From Candidatus Saccharimonadota bacterium (GTDB lineage: Bacteria; Patescibacteriota; Saccharimonadia; Saccharimonadales; CAIOMD01), in NCBI GenBank assembly GCA_031973215.1, contig DALYDK010000001.1, positions 38,122 through 102,121 on the forward strand: 64,000 nt of DNA, given 5' to 3'. The position numbers and the translations under genes are program-made. The notes below the pieces were generated by a model. The model saw only the letters and a program-made list of their open reading frames with translations. It was not told the origin of the DNA and made no database searches. Below, piece after piece: positions 54,119 to 63,723 of the stretch (within the stretch, counting starts at the first letter, position 1; each line of letters begins with the position of its first letter).

Positions 54119-54363
54119 TTATTTAAAAAAGTCAAGTATATGTCACGGCCAGTTTGGCACACAGTACTAGTTTGCGCTAATTTAAGAAAACTACAAACTA
54201 TTAGTCGAATTGCATGATTTTTATCTCATTAGTTAATATTTTTAGTTGTGCTTCTGTGTATGTTCGCCTTTTAGTAATTGTGTAGAATATAACCACCGAA
54301 AAGAAGTATTTTGACAATTTAGACAGATAGTTTTAGGATTATAAAATAACTAAGATTGGTCTT

Positions 54364-54657
54364 ATGAAACAAAAAACCAAAGAACAACTTCAGGGCGTTA
54401 TACAGGAAAGAGGAATCGAGAAAGCGGCACGCCGACTTGGCCAAATGCTTTTTAGTAATGATAGTGAAGAAGCAATAATTACTTTAAGGGACGGAGAGGT
54501 ATTTGTTGATAATAATCGCCTTACAGCCTTGGCTGAACAATCTTTTGCTAATTTAGGTTCTACTGCTCCTGACCAGGTTATAGCTGTCGCTACGCTCATG
54601 TTAGAGAGCCTAAAAGGAGCCCTAGAATCTATAGAGCCTGCCAGTGAAGATTCTTGA
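54364..54657 (+). CDS. Hypothetical protein (97 aa)
   Basis: ORF from the track with no recognised motif. Confidence 0.45.
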   Translation: MKQKTKEQLQGVIQERGIEKAARRLGQMLFSNDSEEAIITLRDGEVFVDNNRLTALAEQSFANLGSTAPDQVIAVATLMLESLKGALESIEPASEDS

Positions 54658-54765
54658 AAACCCTAGTATATTTTTTGCCTCTTTAACAGCCTAAGATGGT
54701 ATATATTTTTTATAATGATTATGGTATAAATAAGTTATCCATTCAAAAACAAAAAAGGATAAAAA

Positions 54766-54909
54766 ATGCAGCCAGATACACCCGAAAAACCAAAAGTTTT
54801 AGATAACTTTCCTACTCCTTACGAAGATTTAGATGAAATAATTGCCAACGCTAGTACAAATATTGCCGGAGATTTAGTTAACAAAGACCTCGAAGCAACC
54901 ACTGAGTAA
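54766..54909 (+). CDS. Possible small acidic ORF (47 aa), not in the track
   Basis: The ATG is preceded by AAAGGA. The product is MQPDTPEKPKVLDNFPTPYEDLDEIIANASTNIAGDLVNKDLEATTE. Support is weak. Confidence 0.25.
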   Translation: MQPDTPEKPKVLDNFPTPYEDLDEIIANASTNIAGDLVNKDLEATTE

Positions 54910-55122
54910 TTAGAGCCATCATTGTTGGTGATGTTTTAGCACTTATTTTTGGTATAATTTAAGTAGTTGTGTAAGTGCTGGTATTTGCCTTCTTACTTAC
55001 AGACTTTATTTTTCAGATAGGTAAACTGCGGTCCCTGCCATATCTTATAAGTCAATCTCTTTACTAATTTTTTAAATTAGACAATTCTTTTTAAAATAAC
55101 TCTCTTAAAAAAGGATTTTAGT

Positions 55123-55395
55123 ATGAACGATGGTGTAGTTTTAATTAATAAACCGGTTAGTGTGGCTGTTATATATGAAAAAAACGGTGACATTAACTCT
55201 ATGTGCATGCCAAAAAAAATGCATTATAGTGGTCAAGAAATCATTTTTACCGAGCTAGGGTTACGGCACCCCACCCAAAAGGGAAAACGCATGGTACATG
55301 TTTTTGATATGAGCGATGGGCTTCATGACTACCGCCTAGAGTTTGATGCCGAGCGCTTAACTTGGGTTTTAATATCGATGCTTTCGGGGAGCTAG
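55123..55395 (+). CDS. Hypothetical 90-aa protein, translationally coupled to the Y-family polymerase
   Basis: Its stop TAG (55393-55395) lies 1 nt before the polymerase ATG (55397). AAAGGA precedes its own ATG. Confidence 0.5.
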   Translation: MNDGVVLINKPVSVAVIYEKNGDINSMCMPKKMHYSGQEIIFTELGLRHPTQKGKRMVHVFDMSDGLHDYRLEFDAERLTWVLISMLSGS

Positions 55396-55396
55396 A

Positions 55397-56647
55397 ATGC
55401 ATATGCAAGATTTAAACCCCGAAAGGCCTAAAATTATGCATATAGATCTTAATAGTGCATTTGCTAGCACCGAGCAGCAATCTCGCCCTACCCTGCGTGG
55501 CCGACCGGTTGGGGTAACTAACAGAATATCTAAAAATTGTTGCATGATTACCGTTTCTTATGAGGCAAAGGCCGTTGGCGTGAAGGTTGGCATGGGCCTA
55601 AAAGAAGCTAGGGCTATTTGCCCAGATATTTTTGTCGTAGAATCTGACCCGCCGAAATATCATCATATGTATAAAAAAATAGCCGGAATAATGCAAAGCT
55701 ATAGCCCCTTGGTAGAAATGAAAAGCATAGATGAAGGTATTATAGATTTTACTGGCACAACCAATAAAAAAAGTCTGGTAGATATTGGTTTAGAAATTAA
55801 AAACCGGGTCAAGCAAGAAATGGGTTGCTATATGAGAGTTAATATAGGCATTGGTCCTAATAGGTTTTTGGCCAAGCAGGCTGCTGGTTGGCATAAGCCA
55901 GACGGGCTTGATGTGCTAGATGCTAAAAACGTAATTGATTACTATAAAATAATTAACTTAGTTGACATAACCGGCATTGCCAGCCGTTATGAGGCTCGCT
56001 TGAATGCTGCGGGCATATACACTCCTCTGCAGTTTTTTGGTGCTAGCAGTAAGTTTCTGCAAACTAGAGTTTTCGGTGGAATTGTCGGAGACCATTGGCA
56101 TAAAAGACTAAGAGGATATGAGATAGATGACAGACCTACCAGGTTGGGTATTGTTGGCCGGCAGTGGGTTTTAAGTAAGCCCAGCAATGAAGATAGTTTT
56201 ATATTGCCCTGCTTTCATTATTTGTGTGAAACAACTGGTAAAAAACTTCGCTATAACAGTGTTGATGCTCGTGGAGTTTTGGTTTGGGCTCGTTTTACAA
56301 ATGGGCAAGGCTTTGTTCTTAGAAAAATGTTCAAAAGCTCTTTTTATACAGATAAAGAAGTTTATAGGCGGGCGCTACTTCTTTTTAACAGGCGCCCCCG
56401 GCACATGAAAGTTCAAACAATGGGCATTTCATGTTATGGGCTGAGTCCATCAAAAAGAAGTCAACTTAGTATGTTTGAGTCTTTTAATAAAGAGCAGTGG
56501 CTAACAGAGGCGGTAGACGAAATTAACGATAGGTACGGCAATTTTACTATTTGTTCTGCTAACGCTATGGCGGGAAAGCAATTGGTTAAGCAAAAAATTC
56601 CCTTTGGGGGAACCAAATACTTTGAGCTTTTGCTAAAACGCGCCTAA
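55397..56647 (+). CDS. Y-family DNA polymerase, UmuC-like
   Basis: 416 aa. IMHIDLNSAFASTEQ..RP.LRGRPVGV resembles the UmuC DVNSFYAS..RP.L.GRPVVV signature. The catalytic SIDEGIID motif is present. Confidence 0.85.
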   Translation: MHMQDLNPERPKIMHIDLNSAFASTEQQSRPTLRGRPVGVTNRISKNCCMITVSYEAKAVGVKVGMGLKEARAICPDIFVVESDPPKYHHMYKKIAGIMQSYSPLVEMKSIDEGIIDFTGTTNKKSLVDIGLEIKNRVKQEMGCYMRVNIGIGPNRFLAKQAAGWHKPDGLDVLDAKNVIDYYKIINLVDITGIASRYEARLNAAGIYTPLQFFGASSKFLQTRVFGGIVGDHWHKRLRGYEIDDRPTRLGIVGRQWVLSKPSNEDSFILPCFHYLCETTGKKLRYNSVDARGVLVWARFTNGQGFVLRKMFKSSFYTDKEVYRRALLLFNRRPRHMKVQTMGISCYGLSPSKRSQLSMFESFNKEQWLTEAVDEINDRYGNFTICSANAMAGKQLVKQKIPFGGTKYFELLLKRA

Positions 56648-56678
56648 ATGTAAGAATAAATGATAAAATCAATTTGTT

Positions 56679-57368
56679 ATGGAACATGTAGAAAATACAA
56701 AATCAAAGCTGAACTGGCTTAGAGCTGGTGTCTTGGGAGCAAATGACGGAATAGTATCTATGGCCGGTTTAGTGGTGGGTGTTGCTGGGGCTACTCAAGA
56801 CAAAACGGCAATTTTGGTGGCGGGGCTTGCCGGACTGGTTGCCGGCGCTTTTTCTATGGCTGTTGGTGAATATGTATCTGTTAGTACCCAAAGAGACGCC
56901 GAGAAGTATTTCATAGAAAAAGAATCGAAAGAAATAGAGGAAGATCCCGAGGGGGAGCTTGAAGAGTTGGTAGAAATATATGAGGCAAAAGGCCTAAGCA
57001 AAGAAACAGCAAGAGCTGTAGCTGTTGAACTTACTGAAAAAGACGCCCTTGAGGCTCATCTTGAGTTACAGTTTGGTTTAAACAAAGACGAGCTGACTAG
57101 CGCATGGCAGGCAGCCATTGCATCTGCAATATCTTTTACGATAGGTGGCTTAATACCTGTTCTAGCAATTATATTGCCTGCTGCAAGTGCTAGAGTACCA
57201 GTAACTTTTGTAGCTGTTGGAATAGCCTTATTAATCACCGGAAATGTCAGTGCCAGAATGAGCAATGCACATGTGCCAAGAGCTATGATAAGAATATTTT
57301 TTGGTGGCATGCTTGCCATGATAGCTACTTATATAGTTGGATTGCTTTTTGGCTCTGCTGGAATATAA
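56679..57368 (+). CDS. VIT1/CCC1-family iron/manganese transporter
   Basis: 229 aa with NWLRAGVLGANDGIVS, a central acidic helix region and C-terminal TM helices. Confidence 0.85.
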   Translation: MEHVENTKSKLNWLRAGVLGANDGIVSMAGLVVGVAGATQDKTAILVAGLAGLVAGAFSMAVGEYVSVSTQRDAEKYFIEKESKEIEEDPEGELEELVEIYEAKGLSKETARAVAVELTEKDALEAHLELQFGLNKDELTSAWQAAIASAISFTIGGLIPVLAIILPAASARVPVTFVAVGIALLITGNVSARMSNAHVPRAMIRIFFGGMLAMIATYIVGLLFGSAGI

Positions 57369-57402
57369 AAAAATCGCCCACAAGTAAGGGCGATTTTTTT
57401 AT
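57367..57402. terminator. Bidirectional rho-independent terminator between convergent genes
   Basis: AAAAAAATCGCCC-acaagtaa-GGGCGATTTTTTTATTTT. Confidence 0.8.
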
Positions 57403-57412
57403 TTTAGGGGAA

Positions 57413-58075
57413 TTATTCTTCAGATTTTTTAGCTTCTGCCTCGGCCGGTTCTTCGGCTGGCTTGTCGGCGTTTTCAGCTATAGCTTCTGCAGCTGCGTCG
57501 GCTTCGGCAATTTGGTCTTTAGGTACTTCTACAATTGCAACAGGTGTATCTAGGGCAGTCAGGATAGTCACGCCAGCAGGAGCTTTGATAGATTCTACTC
57601 TAACTACATCACCTGCTTCCTCAAGCGAGCTTAGGTCAACTTCGATTTTTTCTGGAAGATCTTTCGGTAATGCCTTAATAAGAAGAACATCTAACTCTTT
57701 TAGAACCATAAGGCTTTTCTTTTCTGCTGGGATCTCGGTTTCTGCATAAACAACAGGTACTTCGGTTTCAATAGCTTCATTTTGTTTGACTGCTTGAAAA
57801 ACAATATGTCTAATTGAATGCTTCGTAGGGTCAAAATCGACATTTCTAATTATTGCTAGGTAGTTTTTACCATCTAGGTCAAGATTAACGGTTTGGCTTT
57901 TTCCGGCCGCACTATAGGTGACTTCAAAATCTCTATATTCGCCTTCGGCAATAATAGATTCTTTACCGTGATTGTGGATTACGGCTGGTACGGTACCACT
58001 TTTTCGTAGTGCATTTAAACCTTTACCCACTTTAGTTCTTGGTTTTAATTTTAGTTCAATAGTATTGTTAGACAT
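57413..58075 (-). CDS. rplY: 50S ribosomal protein L25/general stress protein Ctc
   Basis: 220 aa. It contains LKLKPRTKVGKGLNALRKSGTVPAVIHNHGKESI and has an acidic C-terminal extension. Confidence 0.9.
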   Translation of the reverse strand: MSNNTIELKLKPRTKVGKGLNALRKSGTVPAVIHNHGKESIIAEGEYRDFEVTYSAAGKSQTVNLDLDGKNYLAIIRNVDFDPTKHSIRHIVFQAVKQNEAIETEVPVVYAETEIPAEKKSLMVLKELDVLLIKALPKDLPEKIEVDLSSLEEAGDVVRVESIKAPAGVTILTALDTPVAIVEVPKDQIAEADAAAEAIAENADKPAEEPAEAEAKKSEE

Positions 58076-58184
58076 TAATTCCCTCTTAATTATCTAGATT
58101 ATTATAAACTATTTTTGAACAAATTTATAGTAATTATGTACATTTTGGGAATAATATACTTCAAAAACGATATAATGAATTGTT

Positions 58185-59348
58185 ATGGATATTTATGAAA
58201 AATCACTAGAAGAACACCTAAAACATAAAGGGAAAATTAAGGTTGAATCAAAGGTTCCTTTGAATTCAAAAGAAGATCTTAGCATATACTACAGTCCCGG
58301 CGTTGCGGGCGTATCATCTTATTTAGCAAAAAACCCAAACGAAACATTTAGGTATACTTCGGTTAATAACAGTGTAGCGGTAATTTCTGATGGATCTAGC
58401 GTTTTGGGGCTTGGCAATATAGGTCCAGAGGGTGCTTTACCAGTTATGGAGGGTAAGGCCATTCTATTTAAGAATTTTGCAGATATTGATGCTTTCCCTA
58501 TTGTTTTAAATACCCAAGACCCCGATGAAATTGTTAAAACCGTTCTTAATATTGCTCCGAGTTTTGGTGGAATTAATTTAGAAGATATTTCAGCTCCCAA
58601 TTGTTTTTATGTTGAAGAGCAGCTAAAAGAGCGACTATCAATTCCGGTTATGCATGACGATCAGCACGGTACTGCCGTAGTTGTACTTGCGGGCTTAATT
58701 AATGCCTGTAAGGTTACCGGTAGAAATTTACAAGACGCAAAAATTGTAATTATTGGCGCCGGTGCTGCGGGAGTAGCAATTGCAAAATTGCTACATGAAT
58801 ACGGTAAAAGACTTGAGCAAGTTACTGGTTATGGCGGCCCAAGAATGTTTGCCGTTGACAGCAAGGGTGTTATACATAAAGGACGAAGTGGCTTAAATGA
58901 ATCAAAGTTAAGATTGCTTGATTTTGTGAATTTGTCTAATACTATGGCAAGTGTAGAGGAGGTTGTATCTGGGGCAGACATTATTATTGGCGTTTCTGGT
59001 CCCGGTAGTATTACTCCGCAAATGGTTAGTGCAATGTCAAAAAACGCAATAGTATTTGCACTAGCTAACCCAGAACCAGAAATTATGCCAGACTTAGCAA
59101 AAACAGCGGGAGCAGCTATTGTGGCCACAGGAAGAAGTGATTTTCCGAATCAGGTTAATAATGTTTTGGCATTTCCTGGCATATTTAGGGGAGCTTTAGA
59201 TAATAGGCAGCCAATAACCGACGATATTAAGATAAAAGCTGCCGAGGCAATTGCTAGCTTGGTAAAAAAGCCGTCAGAAGATGAAATTATTCCTAGCCCT
59301 CTCAACCCTGCTGTGGTTGACGCGGTTGCTAGTGTATTTAAAAAATAG
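58185..59348 (+). CDS. NAD(P)-dependent malic enzyme (short form)
   Basis: 387 aa with LSIYYSPGVA, VISDGSSVLGLGNIGP, FGGINLEDISAP, HDDQHGTA and GAGAAG. Confidence 0.9.
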   Translation: MDIYEKSLEEHLKHKGKIKVESKVPLNSKEDLSIYYSPGVAGVSSYLAKNPNETFRYTSVNNSVAVISDGSSVLGLGNIGPEGALPVMEGKAILFKNFADIDAFPIVLNTQDPDEIVKTVLNIAPSFGGINLEDISAPNCFYVEEQLKERLSIPVMHDDQHGTAVVVLAGLINACKVTGRNLQDAKIVIIGAGAAGVAIAKLLHEYGKRLEQVTGYGGPRMFAVDSKGVIHKGRSGLNESKLRLLDFVNLSNTMASVEEVVSGADIIIGVSGPGSITPQMVSAMSKNAIVFALANPEPEIMPDLAKTAGAAIVATGRSDFPNQVNNVLAFPGIFRGALDNRQPITDDIKIKAAEAIASLVKKPSEDEIIPSPLNPAVVDAVASVFKK

Positions 59349-59541
59349 AATTACTTATTTTACTTCTTTCACAGTATAAGTATTTTTTAATATGGTTAAA
59401 AAGTCTATTGCATATTATATAATAATATTGTATATTATCAAGTAGATAGCAAAGTATTGTTATTCCAACAATTAACATCTGAATAAATACAGCAACAAAT
59501 ACTTCAAAACCAAATAGTAAGTTTTAGGGAGATTTGTTGCC

Positions 59542-60138
59542 GTGGAAAAGCAATACGAATTATTTGAGCAAATTGGTGAAAGATTACGAAACGAAGAAAA
59601 TCTTTTAAAAAAGAAATTTTTTCGTTATGTGATTATTCTTCGATTTCCGTTGGCAATAATAATTGCTTTATTTGTTTTTTCTGCAATGAGTACCCAGGCT
59701 GCTTCGCCTGCAGCCAGCGCTGTTGTTTATAGTGAATCAAAAGCACAGACTATAAATGCAGCAGATATTTTTTATATAGATAAAATTAATAATTTGCGGG
59801 CATCTTTAGGGAAGCCATATTTGTTTTATAAGCCGGCCCTTGAAAGATCTGCAGCATTTAAAGCTCAAGATATGATTAATAATGATTATTGGGGTCATTT
59901 TAGCCCCTATGGTACTAGTTTTTCTGATTTTATATGGAGACAAACCCCTTTTAGCGAAAAGGTTGGTGAAAATTTGGCCAAATGTTATGAAAATAGGAAC
60001 GATGCCTTTAGGGCGCTTGTTAACAGCCCTTCCCATTATGAAATAATGGTTGGCGATTTTACTCACGTTGGAATTAGCGAAAGAACTAACTTAAACGACG
60101 GTTGCATTTATACTGTTCTGCATTTTGCAAAAAATTAG
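59542..60138 (+). CDS. CAP (SCP/PR-1, YkwD-like) domain protein with N-terminal TM/signal anchor
   Basis: 198 aa with a GTG start. It contains INNLRASLG...AQDM...YWGHFSP...VGENLA...SPSHYEIM...HVGIS. Confidence 0.8.
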   Translation: MEKQYELFEQIGERLRNEENLLKKKFFRYVIILRFPLAIIIALFVFSAMSTQAASPAASAVVYSESKAQTINAADIFYIDKINNLRASLGKPYLFYKPALERSAAFKAQDMINNDYWGHFSPYGTSFSDFIWRQTPFSEKVGENLAKCYENRNDAFRALVNSPSHYEIMVGDFTHVGISERTNLNDGCIYTVLHFAKN

Positions 60139-60187
60139 CCTTAATTTGCTATAATTACTTCTAAATTAGCAACAAGGAGAAGTTATC

Positions 60188-60922
60188 ATGCAGCAATCGG
60201 ACAACCCATCATTATCTAAGTCTGTTCTAGAGAGAATTTCTGCTGCTGAAGATACAAAAACAGCAACAATTACTGGAACTAGCTTAAAAATATTATTTCT
60301 TCTATTACTAACGGTAGGTGCGGGATATTTTGGCTGGCAAGCTATGTCTAGTGCATCCACTTCTGCAATTGTGACAATAGCCGGATTTTCTATTGTCGCC
60401 ATTGTCGCGGCTGTGGTAACCGCATTTAAGCCTACTTGGGCAATGTTTACTGGCCCTATATATGCTTTGGCCCAAGGATTTGTAATGGGTGCCATATCTC
60501 AGGTCTACAATGCTCAGTTCAATGGGATAGTTGTACAGGCAATAGGTCTAACTGGCGCAATATTTTTTGTTAGTTTATGGGCATTTTGGCTAGGGCTCAT
60601 TAAAGTTACTAATAAATTCCGAATTGGCGTCGTTATAGCAACGCTAGGAGTTGGCTTATACTACCTAATAGCATTTATTCTTAGTTTATTTGGGGTGACA
60701 GCGCCTTTAATATTTGATACCGGCACTTTTGGGATAATATTTAGCGTAGTGGTTGTATTTATTGCCACTTTAAATTTATTTTTAGATTTTGACTTTATTC
60801 AACAGGCAGAAGCCTCTAAGATGCCAAAAGTTTTTGAATGGTATGGTGCTTTCGCACTAATGGTTACATTAATTTGGCTATATATAGAAACACTAAGGCT
60901 TATTGGCAAGACTCGTTCTTAG
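60188..60922 (+). CDS. Bax inhibitor-1/YccA-family membrane protein
   Basis: 244 aa with about 7 TM helices and typical size and topology. This is a pattern-level call only. Confidence 0.65.
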   Translation: MQQSDNPSLSKSVLERISAAEDTKTATITGTSLKILFLLLLTVGAGYFGWQAMSSASTSAIVTIAGFSIVAIVAAVVTAFKPTWAMFTGPIYALAQGFVMGAISQVYNAQFNGIVVQAIGLTGAIFFVSLWAFWLGLIKVTNKFRIGVVIATLGVGLYYLIAFILSLFGVTAPLIFDTGTFGIIFSVVVVFIATLNLFLDFDFIQQAEASKMPKVFEWYGAFALMVTLIWLYIETLRLIGKTRS

Positions 60923-61720
60923 TTCTTTAGCTATAAATTTACTGTAATATTTATTTAGAACATGCCCTACCCTGGCTTTAATTACGGTTACATTATGCCG
61001 TTCTTTTGCTAGCTGTTGGTAGTTTTTGGGCATCACTAGTACGTCAAAAACACCGTAAATAATTTTAATATTTTGTTTAATATTTTGAATATCTGTAAGT
61101 GTTTTTTGGTTGACTATTGAGTTAACCAAACTCCTTTTAAAAGGTATCCATGTCTGTGCATTAATCTTAAATCCGCTAAAGCCCGCAGTTGCTATTTTTG
61201 CCGCCCTAAGAGTTGTCTTAGGATTGTTAACAATCATTTTATAAACTCTAAAATACGCATTATTTTTGCTTCTTGCCGTTTTTGAATATTGCTTTTCAGC
61301 TTGTGCTACATCGGCAGGCAGGTATATGGGAGGGCTACAAAGAAAAAGACTATCTATTTTAATTTTATTTCTTTTAGATATTTCAATTGCTATAAGTGAA
61401 CCCATAGAATGACCAACTACTATAATTGGTTCTTTCAGCCGAAGCTTTTTAATGGTTTTTTCAATAGATTTAGCGTGATCTTGTAAGTCGTAAGAACAAT
61501 TTGCGGGCTTTGGCGAGTTCCCAAATCCTAGCAGATCCAGAACAATTAATCTCAAGCCCTGCCCGTTTAAATTACTTATACAATCATCCCAGCACTTACC
61601 ATCGGTCGCTATGCCGTGCAAAAACAGAATAGGCTTCCCTTCTTTGTTGTCATATCTTACAAATAGTTTTGGAGTTCTGTAAAATAGATCCAATAATTTT
61701 TGAAAACTATTTTTTAGCAT
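60893..61720 (-). CDS. Alpha/beta-fold hydrolase
   Basis: 275 aa with HGIATDG and the nucleophile elbow VGHSMGS. Confidence 0.8.
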   Translation of the reverse strand: MLKNSFQKLLDLFYRTPKLFVRYDNKEGKPILFLHGIATDGKCWDDCISNLNGQGLRLIVLDLLGFGNSPKPANCSYDLQDHAKSIEKTIKKLRLKEPIIVVGHSMGSLIAIEISKRNKIKIDSLFLCSPPIYLPADVAQAEKQYSKTARSKNNAYFRVYKMIVNNPKTTLRAAKIATAGFSGFKINAQTWIPFKRSLVNSIVNQKTLTDIQNIKQNIKIIYGVFDVLVMPKNYQQLAKERHNVTVIKARVGHVLNKYYSKFIAKELRTSLANKP

Positions 61721-61789
61721 ATTGAATCATCTTCTAGTAATTTATCAATTTCTTAAGTCAATTATCTTATTATGGAATTCTTGTAATAA

Positions 61790-62353
61790 TTAGACGGTCA
61801 TTATTTCTTGCTCTTTGGCCTTGGACAGTTGATCGACTTTTGTTTTTATATTAGCCATTAAGTCATTCACCTTCTTCTCTAATGATGCTAGATCATCTTC
61901 TGTGATTTCTTTGGCATTTTTTGCTTTTTTAGCTTCATCTAGAATATCGTGTCTAATATTTCGACAAGAAATGTGGCAATCTTCAGCCTTAGTGCTTAGT
62001 TGTTTGACAATATCTTGTCTTCGCTCGGTAGTAAGTGGGGGTATTGGTATGCGAACAACTCGACCATCGTCACTAGGATTTAGCCCTAAGCTTTGATTAT
62101 TTCTAATTGCCTCACTAATAGCTTGAATATTGCTTGGGTCAAAAGGACTAATTTGTATTAGTTGGGCTTCTGGAGTGGTAATGTTACTGACTTGGTTAAG
62201 TGGCATTTCCGTTCCATATGCAACAACAGTAACTCCATCTAACATGCTTGGGTGTGCCCTACCGGTTCGGAGCTTTTTTAGCTCTTCTTCAAAATGTGCC
62301 AGAGCACCGTTTAATTTATTTTCAGTATCTTTAATAGCTTTATTAGTATCCAT
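61790..62353 (-). CDS. frr: Ribosome recycling factor
   Basis: 187 aa with LRTGRAHPSMLDGV...PFDPS...GLNPSDDG..VRIPIPPLTTERR. Confidence 0.95.
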   Translation of the reverse strand: MDTNKAIKDTENKLNGALAHFEEELKKLRTGRAHPSMLDGVTVVAYGTEMPLNQVSNITTPEAQLIQISPFDPSNIQAISEAIRNNQSLGLNPSDDGRVVRIPIPPLTTERRQDIVKQLSTKAEDCHISCRNIRHDILDEAKKAKNAKEITEDDLASLEKKVNDLMANIKTKVDQLSKAKEQEIMTV

Positions 62354-62404
62354 TTGTTCCCTTTATTACTATGATTTATATTTTACGCTAAATTAACGGT
62401 TAAA

Positions 62405-63130
62405 TTAATCTATTTTTTTACGCTCTAGCTTTCGAGCGATAGCAATACCTAGCATGCCACTTGAATTTATGGACCAGTGCACTAGCCACGGGGCAACAAT
62501 ACTATTAGATATGATTCTAAGCCAAGCAAAAATTGCCCCGGCAATGCTTGTTATGACAACCACCCCAATAATCGATCCGTATTTTCGGCGTTTTAGGTCA
62601 CGGTTTGCTTTGGCGAGTATTCGATTGTTTTCTAGCATGGCAATGGTTGGAAAAATATGCCATAAGCCAAAAATTAACGAAGAAATTATAATAGCTGTAA
62701 TTGTAGAATTATGTTGCAATAAAAGCCCAAGTAATACTCCCCTGAAAAGCACTTCTTCTATTAATGCCGTTCCAAATGGAACTCTTACGGTTGCTTCGTA
62801 AGATATTAATTTGCCGCTGGCATTAGCTAGGTCGTCTCCTAGGAAAAATCTACGCAGTATGGGGATAGTGGCAATTATGGATGTTCCGAGTACAATGGCT
62901 GCAACCGCTAGAAAAGCAATATATATACCTGGCCAAATTTTATCGAATGCAAGGCCCATTTGCTCAAAATTTAGGCCAAAGCTTAAGCCCAATAGTACGG
63001 CAACACCAGTGATTCCTATATTTAAGTATAAATGCAACTTTTCTGGAACGGACTTAGCTAGCACCGTGCTATACAGTAAAATTAAAATAACTAGGACAGC
63101 TTCTTGGGCGTAAGGGGTTGGAATAACCAT
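62405..63130 (-). CDS. CPBP-family intramembrane glutamic endopeptidase (CAAX protease/Abi-like)
   Basis: 241 aa and multi-TM. It has EEVLFRGVLL and FGLWH motifs. Confidence 0.85.
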   Translation of the reverse strand: MVIPTPYAQEAVLVILILLYSTVLAKSVPEKLHLYLNIGITGVAVLLGLSFGLNFEQMGLAFDKIWPGIYIAFLAVAAIVLGTSIIATIPILRRFFLGDDLANASGKLISYEATVRVPFGTALIEEVLFRGVLLGLLLQHNSTITAIIISSLIFGLWHIFPTIAMLENNRILAKANRDLKRRKYGSIIGVVVITSIAGAIFAWLRIISNSIVAPWLVHWSINSSGMLGIAIARKLERKKID

Positions 63131-63186
63131 ATTTCAATGCCTTATTATACGCCGAAAAATTATATAAGCATAAATACTTAAATATG

Positions 63187-63657
63187 AAAAAAGGCCCCGG
63201 TTGGGGCCTACCTCTTTGTAAGAGGGGTTTGTTGGAATGCCGACGCCTTATGTAAATGGCGCTTGGCTTAACTTATGTGCCTCGTGCTACCGCGGGGTTT
63301 GCAACGGCTTCCAACAATTGGTCAGGGGGGCTTTCTCCCTGGTCCATGCGCGTTTTTGTTTCTTTTGCGCTATTGGGTTGGACGACCCAACGATCTTTTG
63401 GTCTTTTCGACCCAGGCATCTATTTTTTCCTGTTTGACGGTTCCGTCTCGATTCCAGTGTTGCACTGTCCGAGCTTGTCAGGCTCGAACCACTGTTTCGA
63501 GCCCGGTTGGGCTATCTTTGCGGCGTCTTTCGATCACCTCTAGAGATATCCGTCTCCCAGCCACCGCTTTTGCTGCTTTGAAGGAGGAGGCTTAGCGGCT
63601 TTTCCAAGAGTTTCTGACCCTGTGCGGGGTCATCAACACTCCCTCTCTTACGAGATA
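63187..63657 (-). ncRNA. Large structured RNA A (~470 nt), unknown class
   Basis: It lies between a perfect TTGACA-N17-TATAAT promoter and the terminator GGCCCC-aacc-GGGGCC plus U6. It is visibly GC-richer than the flanks and full of short perfect hairpins. The plus strand shows overlapping ORFs in three frames, typical of non-coding GC-rich DNA. It is homologous to RNA B. Confidence 0.6.
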
Positions 63658-63663
63658 AATTAC

Positions 63664-63692
63664 ATTATACACTATATATAAAAAAATGTCAA
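63664..63692 (-). promoter_or_regulatory. Consensus sigma70 promoter of RNA A
   Basis: On the minus strand, TTGACA (63692-63687), a 17-nt spacer, and TATAAT (63669-63664). Confidence 0.7.
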
Positions 63693-63723
63693 TATTATAT
63701 TGTCATATTCTTGTTTTAAATAT

